This document shows positions 37,671 through 50,430 of a stretch of 64,000 nucleotides of DNA, one piece after another (the stretch's first letter is position 1; every line of letters begins with the position of its first letter). A model generated the notes under the pieces. That model was given only the letters and a program-made list of their open reading frames with translations. It was not told where the DNA came from and did no database searches. The DNA is taken from positions 316,713 to 380,712 of the forward strand of contig BCKQ01000007.1 of assembly GCA_001600695.1 (NCBI GenBank), written 5' to 3'. Made by a program: the position numbers and the translations under genes. The stretch is from Ascoidea asiatica JCM 7603. Its lineage: Eukaryota; Fungi; Ascomycota.

Positions 37671-38963
37671 ATGAAGCAATCATTGGAGTTTTCAAATTAT
37701 ATTCAAACTCCAGAGCAAGGATATGGTTCAGAGATTAGCTCAATATTTCCTAATGAACTTATCAAGGATAAGTTTCAACCAAAAAGGCAAAATATAAAGG
37801 ATACTTTTTATAATGATAAGAATATATCAGAGGAATTAATTGTATTAGATTCAAGTATAAATAGAAATATCAATCAAAATATGATTTCTGAAATGAATTC
37901 AAGAATAGAACAGTCAAATAACGAAATTCGTTCAAAGAGACCCCCTTCAACGCCATTAACTCCAAGTTTAATTAAGCAAAATATACTTAAGAAAAATAAA
38001 ATTGAGTCTAATAGTTCAATAAATCCCAAAAGAAATCTAAAAAATATGATGTTAATGATCAAAATAGATGAAGCAGATAACTCGTCATCATCAGCTTCTC
38101 CATCTTCATCATCCTCAAATTCTAGTGATGATTCCATACGAGAAATTGCAAATGAAGAAGAGCATGAATTAAAATTAAGATTACAACAAGAAGAAAATGA
38201 TAAGTTGAATGATATAAGTTCACTATCTATTGTTGATATTGATGATGACGATGAATATATAATGAATAAGAAAAATAAAAATAATAATAATAGAAATATT
38301 AATAACAACATTTTGGACTCTGATTTTCCCATTCATAAAAGTTTCAAAAGTATACAAATTAATAAATTACTTTCAAATAATTTCAATGATAGTACAGTAT
38401 CAGAACAAAATTCAATATTAAACATACGTTCTGGAATGAAAGAAGCAATGAAAACTATTCAAAAAGAGAAATCTATTTTAGGAACTACTTTAAAAAATGA
38501 AAATAATAAAATCAATAATAATAGTGAAGAAAATAAAACAGATAAAAAAAATCATTTAGCAGTAAATAAAAGCACTTCAAACATATCAATTAATAATTCT
38601 GAATCAATATTGTATGAATATGACTATGATGATGATGATGTTGATGATGAAGAGTATAATCCAAATTTTGGAAGCAAAAACGATAGTCTATTAAATTCTC
38701 ATAATGGTAGTATTAATTCCAGTAATCCTTCGTCAATAATGAGTTATAATGATAATTCAAATAAAAATGAGGAATTTATTTTTAATTATGATTTAAGTTC
38801 AAGTTTAAGTGAAATTGATATTGATATAGATAATAGAGAAGTTGAATTTCAAATAAGTAAAATTAATAGTGAGATTGAATTACAATCAAGAAGTAAGAAA
38901 ATTCATAGTATGGAAACAGTAATTGATTTTCTAGAAATGGAGAGATCATTTGAAAATACTTAA
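37671..38963 (+). CDS. Uncharacterised acidic Ser/Asn-rich protein
   Basis: 430-aa ORF with coding-like composition and S/T-P sites (STPLTPS). No domain recognised. Confidence 0.7.
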   Translation: MKQSLEFSNYIQTPEQGYGSEISSIFPNELIKDKFQPKRQNIKDTFYNDKNISEELIVLDSSINRNINQNMISEMNSRIEQSNNEIRSKRPPSTPLTPSLIKQNILKKNKIESNSSINPKRNLKNMMLMIKIDEADNSSSSASPSSSSSNSSDDSIREIANEEEHELKLRLQQEENDKLNDISSLSIVDIDDDDEYIMNKKNKNNNNRNINNNILDSDFPIHKSFKSIQINKLLSNNFNDSTVSEQNSILNIRSGMKEAMKTIQKEKSILGTTLKNENNKINNNSEENKTDKKNHLAVNKSTSNISINNSESILYEYDYDDDDVDDEEYNPNFGSKNDSLLNSHNGSINSSNPSSIMSYNDNSNKNEEFIFNYDLSSSLSEIDIDIDNREVEFQISKINSEIELQSRSKKIHSMETVIDFLEMERSFENT

Positions 38964-39214
38964 GTTTTTGGAAGAAATATTCAATTTTAATTTTTAACTT
39001 TTTTGTTTGTTTGATACCTTTTGTCTAAATTATGTTTTGTATGCTGATATTTTTTGATTTTGATTTTGATTTTCTTTTTTTTGTTTTTCCTAAATTTTAT
39101 TTGTATACATTTTACTTTAGATGAAGATAAAAATTACTGTTTTTTAATTTTTTTTTTTGTATATTTTTCGTATCATTTATTTCTATTATAATTCTGTATA
39201 ATTCTATATAAATT

Positions 39215-40420
39215 CTATTCTAGCAATTGTAAAATTTTTCCCATAGAATCAAATAAATCTCTAGCAGAAATTCTATCTTTTGATTCATATATTACCATTT
39301 TAAGAAAAATATTTTCAAATTGATTAAGAATTAAATCTTTATTACTTTTATTAATTTTGGAATTCGGATCATTAACATCATCAAATAATTTCGGTAAGAA
39401 TTCGGAAATTGAAAATCTTGGATAAACTATAAAATTGAAATATTTAAAAGATAAAGAGTCTCTCATTTCAGGCCATGAATTGATATCGGGTGTACCAAAA
39501 GATTTGAAGATATTTGAAATTAATTGTAAATCACTTGAAGCTACATTTTCTTCGGTTTCATTACTTGAATTTAAATCAAAATTTGAAATTTTTGAAGATA
39601 ATAATATTGGGATTGAATCCAATGAAAATAAAGTTGTAATAATTATTGCTAAGGACCAAATATCTATTGGAGTTGAATAATTTTTTAAAGATAATATTAT
39701 TTCCGGAGCTTTATAAATTGAAGTTGAAACATCAAGATATTTGTTATCACTGGATTCTTTAACATTTGAATTTATATATTTTGAAGAATTTGGGAAGTAA
39801 GAAATTCCATAATCACCAAGTATATATTTTTCTAATATTGAATCATAAAATATATTTTCAGGCTTAATATCTCTATGAATAATTTGATTTGAGTGTAAGA
39901 AATTCAAAGCATTCGAAATATCTTTTATAACTTTAAAAGATTCATTGATTGGTAAAGTATTTTGATAAGTAATAGTATAATAATCTTTAAATATATCATT
40001 ATTATTATTCAATAATGAATTTGTAGTTAAATCATTAATATAATTCAAATTTCTATTTTTATTTTTAGACTTTTTTTTAATACAATTATTTGTTATAATT
40101 TGTTTTAAAGTAAATTCATAATATGGAAAAACTAAAACTAATTCTTCATTTAAAGTATCGTAATAATGATTTAATAATTTTAAAGAATTTTCAGTCAATG
40201 AATTTTTTGAAAATGAATTGATTAAATTAAGTATTTTTATTTCAATTTTTGAATTATGTGGAGGCTTTTCAAATGATAAATCAATAACTTTTAATGCAAC
40301 AATTGAATTATTTTTTGAATTTATTGCTTTATAAACATCAGAACAAAAACCACCCGAAATTCTAACTTTATCAATATAAATATCTTTTTCATGATTATTT
40401 TGATTGAAATTCGAACTCAT
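39215..40420 (-). CDS. CAK1: CDK-activating kinase Cak1
   Basis: Kinase lacking a canonical GxGxxG, with EKPPHNSKIEIKIL (cf. Cak1 PPHNAKFE), IIHRDIKPEN, DYGISY and DVSTSIYKAPE. First ATG is at 40420; the track start is TTG. Confidence 0.88.
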   Translation of the reverse strand: MSSNFNQNNHEKDIYIDKVRISGGFCSDVYKAINSKNNSIVALKVIDLSFEKPPHNSKIEIKILNLINSFSKNSLTENSLKLLNHYYDTLNEELVLVFPYYEFTLKQIITNNCIKKKSKNKNRNLNYINDLTTNSLLNNNNDIFKDYYTITYQNTLPINESFKVIKDISNALNFLHSNQIIHRDIKPENIFYDSILEKYILGDYGISYFPNSSKYINSNVKESSDNKYLDVSTSIYKAPEIILSLKNYSTPIDIWSLAIIITTLFSLDSIPILLSSKISNFDLNSSNETEENVASSDLQLISNIFKSFGTPDINSWPEMRDSLSFKYFNFIVYPRFSISEFLPKLFDDVNDPNSKINKSNKDLILNQFENIFLKMVIYESKDRISARDLFDSMGKILQLLE

Positions 40421-41156
40421 TATATAATTGATGGATTGATCTATTGATTTATTGATTAATTTATAAGATTTGAAGTTGAATTGATTCCTATTTTGATTAT
40501 TCTTTTGTTTCTTCTTCTTGTTCTTTTGAATCAGATTCAAATTCCTTTAAATATTTCAAAATCTGCTCTTTTGACGCATTGGCGGTTCAGTGCTTTGTTT
40601 ACACTTCAACGAGGTTATTTTCCGAGATGAGATCAGAATAAAGGGTGCCGTTTTAGCCTTGAAAGTGGACTTTAAAAAAGTTCTCAGTCCGAGGCTGTTT
40701 TCTTTGTGTTTGGTAAAGAAGATTGAAATTGTCACGAGTGCTGCGAAAGTTGTCAGTTGAAAATCAGTTAAGTTACATTTGTAATGTTTACTTGCAAGAA
40801 GAGCACGTGTCTGGCTATTAAATTTAAGATAAACAACCACATAAAGGCTGGTTATCTTGCAAACTAAAGTGACACAGCCACAATTTAAACCAAAAAGGGA
40901 AATGTATACTAACATTAAATTTAGTACTGGAGATATCTTTATAAACAAAGGATAGAGAAAGATACTGATTCAAGATATAATATCAGAGATATCAGTACAG
41001 TACTTTAATCAATCAAGTATCACTTGAATAAAAGCTTTAGAACCAGTACAAAACAAAGCTTTGAAGACTACAAGTTTAATTTATTTAAACCTAATCTTCT
41101 TTATTTTTCAACTGTCAAAACCATTATTGAACTTTTTTAAATCAACAATATTAAAA

Positions 41157-42389
41157 ATGGGATTGTTTTCAAACGATATTCAAAAGCCAATCTCAAAAAA
41201 ACATTTAGAAACTATAGCAAATATTCTCAAAAAGGGTAAAGATGCAAAAGTTATAGTAATGGTTGGAGCAGGGATTTCGGCAACTTCTGATGGAAAACCT
41301 TTAATTCCAGATTTTAGATCTCCAGGTGGTGTATTTGATAATCTTGATAAATTTAATCTACCATATCCTGAAGCTGCTTTTGAGATTGATTATTTTAAGA
41401 AAAATCCATATCCTTTTTATAATCTTTGTAAAAATTTACATCCTTTAATAAGTCTTAAAAAACCAACAAGATTTCATTATTTTTTATATTTAATCTCTGT
41501 TAAAAATAATTTAAAAAGATTATATTCTCAAAATATTGATGGTTTAGAAATTAATGCTGGAATAAAAAGAGATAAAATTATTTTAGCTCATGGTTCTTTT
41601 GAATCAAATAATTGTATAAAATGTAAAAAAAAATATAATAATAATTTGATTATTAATTCAATTAAAAAGAATCTACCTTTATATTGTACTGATAAAAATT
41701 GTAATGGTTTAATCAAACCATCCATTGTATTTTATGGAGAAAATTTACCCGAAATCTTTTATGAATCGATTGATCATGATTTCAATGATGATGATATAGA
41801 TTTAGCTTTAGTTGCTGGAACTTCATTAGCTGTATATCCTTTTGCTTCATTACCTTCAAAAACAACTAAAAATTGTCAAAGAGTTTTAATCAATAATCAA
41901 AATGTTGGAGATTTCAAAAGATATCCAAGAAAAAAAGATATAAAAATTATCAATGATTGTGATCTATTTGCTAACGAAATTTCTTCATTATTAGGTTGGA
42001 AAAAGGAGCTTGATGATTTAGTTAATTCTAAAGTTATTGTCAATTTATCTAATAATGATGATATTGATGATATCGATGGTCTTGAAAATGCTCTTGCTTC
42101 TCTTGATGTCAATGCTCCAGATAGCCAAATTGATTCTACTCCAGAACCTAATGAAAAAGTTATTCTGAATCTGAAATCCGAATCAATAACCCAATCAATT
42201 ATTCAATCAACTACTCAATCAGTCACTCAATCAATAACCGAAGTTGAAATTAAATTTGAAGAAACGCTGATTTTAAATCAATCAGAAGAATCTACTCCAG
42301 ACAAGTCTAATAAGAAATCTACTTCAGACAATAAAAAAACAGATAAGAAACCTATCAATAAAAACAAGAAACCAATAAAAAAAGAGTAA
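41157..42389 (+). CDS. HST2: Class I sirtuin NAD-dependent deacetylase, Hst2/SIRT2-like
   Basis: VMVGAGIS..IPDFRSPG, NLPYPEAAF, YSQNIDGLE, AHGSF, Zn ribbon CIKC..CTDKNC, KPSIVFYGE and GTSLAVYPFASLP. ATG in AAAAATG context at 41157. Confidence 0.9.
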   Translation: MGLFSNDIQKPISKKHLETIANILKKGKDAKVIVMVGAGISATSDGKPLIPDFRSPGGVFDNLDKFNLPYPEAAFEIDYFKKNPYPFYNLCKNLHPLISLKKPTRFHYFLYLISVKNNLKRLYSQNIDGLEINAGIKRDKIILAHGSFESNNCIKCKKKYNNNLIINSIKKNLPLYCTDKNCNGLIKPSIVFYGENLPEIFYESIDHDFNDDDIDLALVAGTSLAVYPFASLPSKTTKNCQRVLINNQNVGDFKRYPRKKDIKIINDCDLFANEISSLLGWKKELDDLVNSKVIVNLSNNDDIDDIDGLENALASLDVNAPDSQIDSTPEPNEKVILNLKSESITQSIIQSTTQSVTQSITEVEIKFEETLILNQSEESTPDKSNKKSTSDNKKTDKKPINKNKKPIKKE

Positions 42390-42676
42390 ATTTTTGAAAA
42401 GATCAAATTCTATGATATATTTTACTTTTATAATTAAGCGCCCACACAAATGACTAATTTCTTCTTTCTTTTATATATATCATTAACTGACATTAAGCGC
42501 CAACTTAACTTTTTCTTTCTACTTCTCTATTTTATACTCTTTACTTTTAACTTGTTATTTCTCTATTGTTTTATATTTATATCCGCTTTCTTTTTCTTTA
42601 TTTTATTCAATCTAATTGTATTTTATTAAATCTCTATATATATATATATATTCACTCATTAATAATCTTTATAAAA

Positions 42677-45600
42677 ATGAATTCATTCATATCAATGAAC
42701 TCTTCTCAATCAAGAAGTATAGGAACCTCAAGACCCACAAGAACTACAAGAACTTCAAGAATTTCTAAAAACTCAACTAAGCCAATTCATTCAACTTTTA
42801 ACCCATATACTCCCTCAACAACGAGAGCTTCAACTACAAGAATTTCAACAACAGCAACTACAATTTCAACTGCAAGATTGCAATTACCTTATAATCCAAA
42901 TTCAACAAAAATTATTTGCTCAATTAATGAATCAAAAGGTATTTCCTCAAATATTGGTATTTGCTTTTTAAATTTTGGAACTTCTGAACTTATATTATCA
43001 AATATTCAAGATTCTCAAACTTTTGTTAGAACTATTCATAAAATTAATATTTTTAAACCAGATGAAATTTTAGTTCCATCAAACTTATTAGGCTCAAAAT
43101 TTAAAAGTTTAAAAAATTCAAATACATCAAATTCTTTTTCTTCTACAGTTATTAATGATTCAAAACTAATTTCAATTATTAAATCAAATATTAATTTAAA
43201 TAATTGTAAAATTATTGGTATTCAACCAAAATTGTTCAATCCTTCAAATGGTTTAAATCAAATTAAAAATTATGCTTTTGAAAAAGATTTCAATTACTTG
43301 AATTCAGAATTATCAAATAAACCAATTTTATTAGGTTCTGTTCATGCAATTTTAAATTATATGAAAAATTCCACAACTTGCCAAATTCTTTTTGGTAGTT
43401 TAAGAATAGCTTATAAGCCTTGTGAAAGTACAATGTTAATAGATTCAAAATCAATAAATTCTTTAGAATTAATTAATAATTCAATTGATGATAAATTTGG
43501 TATGTCTTTATTTAAATTTTTAAATAATACTGTAACTAAAATGGGTCAAAGAGTGTTAAGAACAAATATTTTACAGCCTTTAACTGATCATCAAAGTATT
43601 AAATATAGATTAGAATCTGTTCATGAATTAATTACTAAAGATAATTCTTTAACTGAAATAAGAAGTATTTTAAGAACTGCACAAGATTTTGATCGTCTAT
43701 TTACTTCAGTATGAATAAAAACCTATTATAAATATTAATGTTACATATATGAAGTGAAAAATATAATTATACTAACTTTTTTTCTTTTTTCTTAATGTTG
43801 TCAGCTAATTATGAATCCCAAAAATCCAACTACCGCAACTTCAGATCAGAAGATCAATAATATAATATTGCTAAAACAAGCTATTTCAGTAGCTATTGAT
43901 ATATATCATGCTTTAGATGATTTTTCATCAATGCTTTTAGTTGAAATAAAAGAAATTTGCGGTAATACAGATATTTTATCTGTAAGAGACTTAATAAATG
44001 AGTATATTAATGAGGATTGTAATTGGGCAAAAACACCTTTAGATTTAAGAAATCAGAAATGCTATGCTGTAAAAGCTGGTAAAAATGGATTATTGGATAT
44101 CTCAAGACAATTATATAAAAGTATAATTGACGATGTTATTGCTTTGGTTGAAAAATTGGCTGCAGAACATGAATTAGATCTTGATTATAAGTTTGATTCT
44201 ATTAGAGGTTTTTTCATCAGAATAAAAAAAACTTCTGCTATCAAAATGTCTGAACTTCCATCAATATTTATAAATAAAGTCGATAAGAAGAAATTTATTG
44301 AATGTACTACTATGGCGATTGTCAAATGTAATTCTAGGTTAAATGATTCTTTGGCCGAAATTATTTTGATGTCAGATAATATAGTAGATGAAGTTCTTGA
44401 AAAGGTAAAATTATTCATTTCAACATTATTTATGGTAGCAGAAGGTTTGGCCATACTAGATCTTTTGTCTTGTTTTGCTTTCAATGCAAAAATGGCTAAG
44501 GTAAATTACACTTGCCCAGAAATATTTGATAAGTTAATTCTCAAATCAAGCAGACATCCGATTTTAGAAACTACCCTTGATCATGATTTTGTTCCAAATG
44601 ATATATATTCTGTTAATAATACCTCAACAGTCCAAATTATTACAGGAGGTATGTTTCTTACTTAAAATTCAATTTTGAAAGTTATAAGATTTTTTAATAA
44701 ACTAACCGTAAAATCAGCTAATATGAGTGGAAAATCAGTGATTTTAAGGCAAGTTGCTCTTTTAGTCATAATGGCCCAAATTGGTTCTTTGTAAGTTTTC
44801 CCTAAAAACCTTTATTATCTTGTTTATTAAATCTAATTTCTAATTCTAACATATAAAATTCTATAAAAAAAAGTGTACCTGCTGACTATGCAATGTTTCC
44901 AGTTTTTGAATCATTGAATGCAAGAATTTGTTCCGATAATATGCAAATAAATTCTTCATCTTTCACTTCAGAAATGAGAGAAATGGCTTACATTATCGAA
45001 GAAGTTAATGAAAAATCATTAGTAATTATTGATGAACTTGGACGCGGCTCTAGTATATCTGATGGATTTGCAATATCTCTTGCAATTAGTGAATATTTAA
45101 TAGAAACTGGAGCTACGGTATTTATGTCAACTCATTTCCATGATATTCCAAGGATTCTCAAAAATAAGCCTGGAGTTGTACAATTGAATATGAGTTGTGA
45201 TTTAAATGGAAATGATTTATCAATGCATTATAAAGCTATTAGTGGTACTGCAAGTTTAAAAAACTATGGTGTAAAGTTATTGAAATCGCTTGGAATTTTA
45301 CCTGATGAAATTATAGAATTTGCAATTGAAATAGGTGAAAAACTGGTTGCTTCAAGAAAAAGAAACAATGACGAGCCAGTAGATTTATCAATAATTAGAC
45401 AAAGGAAATTGATACTTAGTTTATATGAAAGTTTGAAGCATATGGCTTCTGTTTATAAAGTAAATGAATCCGATCCTGTTCTTATCAGGGTTTTAGAAGA
45501 TATGCAAGATCAATTTGCTGATGAAATGTCAAATAATATGTCAATGATTGGTACCAAAGATCAAAATGATATATCTTTAGTTGAAAAGAATGCAAACGTT

Positions 45601-45777
45601 CTTGATAAAGAGGATAGAGATTTGAATCATATAAGTCAAGGTGAAAATATAGTGACTAAAACTACAGATAATTTCAATTTAGATATTCAAAATCAACTAA
45701 AAGAAACTGGTCTAACTGGTCAAACTAGGGGTAACGAAAATAATGAAAATGATGAAAATCAAAATCAAATTGAATGA
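42677..45777 (+). CDS. MSH4: Meiotic MutS homolog Msh4; exons 42677-43708, 43805-44648, 44718-44790, 44874-45777
   Basis: DSQTFVRTIHK and TKMGQRVLRTNILQP motifs. Splicing restores Walker A ITGANMSGKS and MAQIGSFVPADYA, followed by SSSFTSEMREMAYI, IIDELGRGSS and STHF. Introns: 43709-43804 (GTATGA..TACTAAC..CAG), 44649-44717 (GTATGT..AACTAAC..CAG), 44791-44873 (GTAAGT..TTCTAAC..AAG). Confidence 0.93.
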
Positions 45778-46288
45778 AATTTTGTAGATAAATTTAGCCT
45801 TTGATATAAGAATTTAAAAATTAATATATGCTTTTCACCTTTTTTATTTCATTAATTTTTACATTTTTTTTTTTTTTATTTTGAAGTTGATATTAAAATA
45901 AAATTATAATACCAGAAGTAAATTTTGTTCAAAAATTTTAGATTTTTAAACAAAATAAAAAAATCCCAACAAAAAACATTAAGCTAAATAAAAAGACTGA
46001 AGCGATTTAAAAATAGTACGATTGAAGAAGATAAATAAAGAAAATAATTAAAAAAATAAAACAGATTATAAAAGTGACTGAATTTAATAGGAAAAATAAA
46101 TAATAAGAAATAAGCTTTATTTTTTTTTTGAAGATGGTATCATATAAAGATATAATTAAATAATTACTCAAAAGCTCTTAATAACAAAAAACAAACCAAA
46201 ATGTAGATAGAAATTAAACGTATCAATCAATATAATAAAAAAAACAAGATAGGGAAAGGTTTGCCAAATAATAAAAATAATTTTAAAA

Positions 46289-47923
46289 TTAATATTCTTC
46301 TTCAAAATTAGAATCCATTGAAACTTCTTCATAATCTTTTTCTAAAGCAGCTAAATCTTCTCTTGCTTCAGCAAATTCACCTTCTTCCATACCTTCACCG
46401 ACATACCAATGAACAAAAGCTCTTTTATTATACATTAAATCGAATTTTGAGTCCAATCTAGTCCAAGCTTCAGCAATTGCAGTTGTATTTGATAACATAC
46501 AAACAGCTCTACTTGCTTTTGCTAATTCACCACCAGGTACATATTGAGGAGGTTGGAAACAAATACCAATTTTAAAACCAGTTGGACACCAATCAACCAT
46601 TTGCATAACTTTTTTAGATTTAATTGAAGCAACAGCTTGTTGAACATCACGATTAACAACATCACCTCTATATAATAAACAAGTTGCCATATATTTACCT
46701 AATCTTGGATCACATTTAACCATTTGATTAGTTGGTTCTAAACAAGCATTAGTAATTTCTTGAACAGAATTTGATTCATGATAGGCTTTTGCAGCAGAAT
46801 GAACAGGAGCATAAGAAACTAAAGGAAAATGAATTCTTGGATAAGGTACTAAATTTGTTTGAAATTCATTTAAATCAACATTTAAAGAACCTGAAAATCT
46901 TAAGGAAGCAGTAACAGAAGAAACAACTTGAGCAATCATTCTATTTAAATTTTCATAACTTGGTCTTGAAATATCTAAATTACGACGACACATATCATAA
47001 ATTGCTTCATTATCAACCATAAAAGTACAATCAGAATGTTCTAAAGTTGTATGAGTTGTTAAAACAGCATTATAAGGTTCAACAACAGAAGTTGAAACTT
47101 GTGGAGCAGGATAAACAGCAAATTCTAATTTTGATTTTTTACCATAATCTATTGATAATTGTTCTAATAATAAAGCACCAAAACCAGAACCAGTACCACC
47201 ACCAAAAGAATGAGTAAAAAGGAAACCTTGTAAACCACCACAACTATCAGCAACTTTTCTAATTCTATCCATAACTTGATCAATTAATTCTTTACCAACG
47301 GTGTAATGACCTCTTGCATAATTATTTGCAGCATCTTCTTTACCAGTTATTAATTGTTCAGGATGAAAAAGTTGACGATAAGGACCATTTCTAACTTCAT
47401 CAACAACATTTGGTTCTAAATCTGCATAAACAGTTCTTGGAACATATTTACCAGAACCAGTTTCACTAAAAAAAGTTGAAAAACTTTCATCACCGGCAGG
47501 ATGAGTAACACCTGGAGCTAAAAGACCATCAGGCAGAATACCATGTTCAAGACAATATAATTCCCAACATGAATTACCAATTTGACAACCGGCTAAAAAT
47601 AATAAAAAAAAAATATAAATAGAAAATTTAATAGTTAGAATATAACCGCTGATTACATATATGATTGAAATAAATTGAAAAAAGATTAGAATATAATAAC
47701 ATACCTTGACCGACTAAAATAATAGATTAAATAAATGAAAAAAACAAATGAAAAATATATTCAAATGTTTTTAGAAAAAAATAAGTTAGTAAATTGATTG
47801 ATTGATTTATTTAATAAATAAACAAAAAGGAAAATAAATGATAATAAAGATAACAATAATAACAATAATAACAATAATAACGATTAATTAATACATACCA
47901 TTTATACTAATAACTTCTCTCAT
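46289..47923 (-). CDS. TUB1: Alpha-tubulin; exons 47923-47899, 47713-47705 (9 nt), 47592-46289
   Basis: Spliced product reads [29 protein letters not shown], with GGGTGSG and C-terminal EEEY. Introns: 47898-47714 (GTATGT..TACTAAC..TAG) and 47704-47593 (GTATGT..TTCTAAC..TAG). Confidence 0.97.
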
Positions 47924-48390
47924 TATGATATAAATTGATTGATAATATAGATTGATTAATGATTTGATATAGTATAATATAAAATGATTTGAATAAATGA
48001 TATATTTAATTATATATAAATATGAGATATAAATATATTGATTGAAGAGAATTAAATAATAGGATACAATAAGCAATAATCAAAGAAAACAAGAATTAAT
48101 CAAATAAGAAATAAATTAGAAATTGAATTGAAGTTGTTATTGATTTGATTTGATTTGATTTAGATATTGAATTAAAAGAAGAAAAAGGGAAAAAAAGAGA
48201 TACAAAAGAATAAAATTGAATAGGTTTAAGAGTTAAAGAGTTAAAGAAGAAGTGAGAATTCAGAATTCTTCAATTGTTGAATTGAGAATTGTTTGTTTTT
48301 ATGCTTTCTTTTTTGACTTCTACAGAAAAATAAACAAACATGTGGTTCAGCGCATTCCACGGTATGGTGTGATTCAGTAGTGCGTTATAA

Positions 48391-48532
48391 TTACCTTTTC
48401 AGGTAACATGATTTGACGGTGGTTGCCTAATTTGATAAATCTCAAACTAATAATTACATAAGTAGTAGTATTTTAATTAATAATGGTGGTTATTTGGTGA
48501 ATGATCTGAGACGCGGTGTGCCCAATCGGGCA
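48391..48532. promoter_or_regulatory. Mcm1-type palindromic sites upstream of TUB1
   Basis: TTACCTTTTCAGGTAA (48391-48406) and TGCCCAATCGGGCA (48519-48532), both CC-N6-GG with palindromic flanks. Confidence 0.55.
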
Positions 48533-48866
48533 TGTACGTACTGGATCAAGGAATACTCCTATTTACTAATCGGGCAGTTGGAAAATATTATTAGTATTTA
48601 ATATTTAATATTGAATATTTAATATTTAATATTTAATATTTAATATTAAAAATTAAATATTTTATGTCTTTAAATTACAATGAAGTGAAGTAATCTTGAA
48701 AAGAAAAAATAATAATATGACAATGGTTAAAGATGGAGTCAATTCAAGTGAGTTTAATGTAATAAAGGAGAAATAAACGAGACATAAACGAAGATTAAAT
48801 GATTTTATTGAATTTTTATCGAATTTTTATTGAATTATTTTATATTACATATGAAGGAAAGTTAAG

Positions 48867-49730
48867 TTAAGAAGAAGAATCCTCTTGATTATGATTAAGT
48901 GTACCAAGAGCTTGTATAATATCAGCAAGTTTAGCTTGTAAAACATCTAAACCTCTAGTTACAATATGTTCTGGACTTATAGAACCAACAGTTTCAACAT
49001 CAAAATAAAAAGTATCTGGACTTGCTTTATAATTAAATTTATCATCAATATTTGAAGGTTCTTCCCATTTACAATTTTCACTTTTTGGCCATTCTTGTAA
49101 TGGATCATCTTCATACCAATAATAAGTATGTTTTAATTTATTCCAAGGATCATATTCAAAAGCAATTGCAGAACATGGAGACCATTTTGCATGTTCTTTT
49201 GAAATACCTTTTTTTGCAATACATCTAACTTTTAATTCTTGATCTTTTCTTAATTTACAAATTAAAACTCCATTACCATTATTATTATTATTTGAATTAT
49301 TTGAATCATTTAAATAATTAGAATTATTAATTACAGGAATACCTAATTTTGCAGAACCACCAGAAGTTACCATTAAATCTCTTGAATAAATACTCATAAA
49401 TGAAGATTCTCCAGTACATTTTGCATCTAAAGTTAAAATTACACTACATTTATCACAATATTGATCACAAGTACAATCTCTTGTATATAATAAATTTTTA
49501 ATATTTTCACTATTTAAAGGTACAAGACCTAATCTATGAGCAATAAATTCATCAGCTAATACAGTTGTATTTGATTCAATTTCAACTAAATCTATTGCTA
49601 ATGTTGGTACTTCACAAAGCATTACTCTTCTTAAAGAATTTGCAACAGATAAATCAACATCTTTTAAAACAAAATTAACATGTTCACTATTAACATCTCT
49701 TATAGTTACTTTTGGTCCTTCTTCACTCAT
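48867..49730 (-). CDS. RPB3: RNA polymerase II subunit Rpb3
   Basis: [45 protein letters not shown] and [14 protein letters not shown]. Confidence 0.97.
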   Translation of the reverse strand: MSEEGPKVTIRDVNSEHVNFVLKDVDLSVANSLRRVMLCEVPTLAIDLVEIESNTTVLADEFIAHRLGLVPLNSENIKNLLYTRDCTCDQYCDKCSVILTLDAKCTGESSFMSIYSRDLMVTSGGSAKLGIPVINNSNYLNDSNNSNNNNNGNGVLICKLRKDQELKVRCIAKKGISKEHAKWSPCSAIAFEYDPWNKLKHTYYWYEDDPLQEWPKSENCKWEEPSNIDDKFNYKASPDTFYFDVETVGSISPEHIVTRGLDVLQAKLADIIQALGTLNHNQEDSSS

Positions 49731-50430
49731 ATTTATTTGAACTTAAACTTCAATATATATTCTATATATTCTATAATTATTTCAATTGATTCAAGATTGT
49801 TGTTTCCATTTCATTTTCCACTTCCACTTCATTTTCAATTACAATTTCTGTTTCTACTGTTATTATTATTATTATTTTATTTTTCACCAACGGCAAAACA
49901 ACCGCACAACGGATTTTAGTTCCGTCCCCGGATAAAATGTTTTTTAAGTAGTCCACAGATATGGTCTCACTTTCACTACTTCACCAGCCACACCTCGCCC
50001 ACACCTTACTCACACCACAACCTGATACTCGCTTTCCATTTTCTCACTTTCTTACTCCTTTTCCTGTTTTCCTCTTTTTTCTTTTATCACACTCGCTTCA
50101 GCTCGATCTCTGGGGAAGGAAGGAAATATTTATTGTCAGTGCTAATTTCAACAGGCTTTAACAGACCTTCACACTTTAACACCTGCTGACTAAAAGTCAC
50201 TGTGTTTGCTTACTCCACATTTATCATTCTTAGCTTTATTTAATATCTCATACTAATTTCATGCGATTCAATATTTCATTCTCCTTCTTTTCATACTAAT
50301 TACCAGTATAAATATAAATATAAATATAAATATAAATACAAATAACAATCAATTTCTTATCAAATACTATTCAAATCAAATCGTATCAAACCAATTAATC
50401 AATTAGTCAATTACTCTGTTAATTATCAAA

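Noticed and set aside
39215-40420. Pseudokinase call because GxGxxG is missing and DFG reads DYG
   Set aside because: Cak1 kinases normally lack the glycine loop, and the catalytic K, HRD and APE motifs are present.
40556-40948. 130-aa minus-strand ORF between CAK1 and HST2
   Set aside because: TTG start, lies over the GC-richer divergent promoter, and has no recognisable domain.
42566-45777. MSH4 as a fragmented pseudogene (three separate track ORFs)
   Set aside because: Three introns with donor, branch and acceptor signals restore one continuous frame including Walker A.
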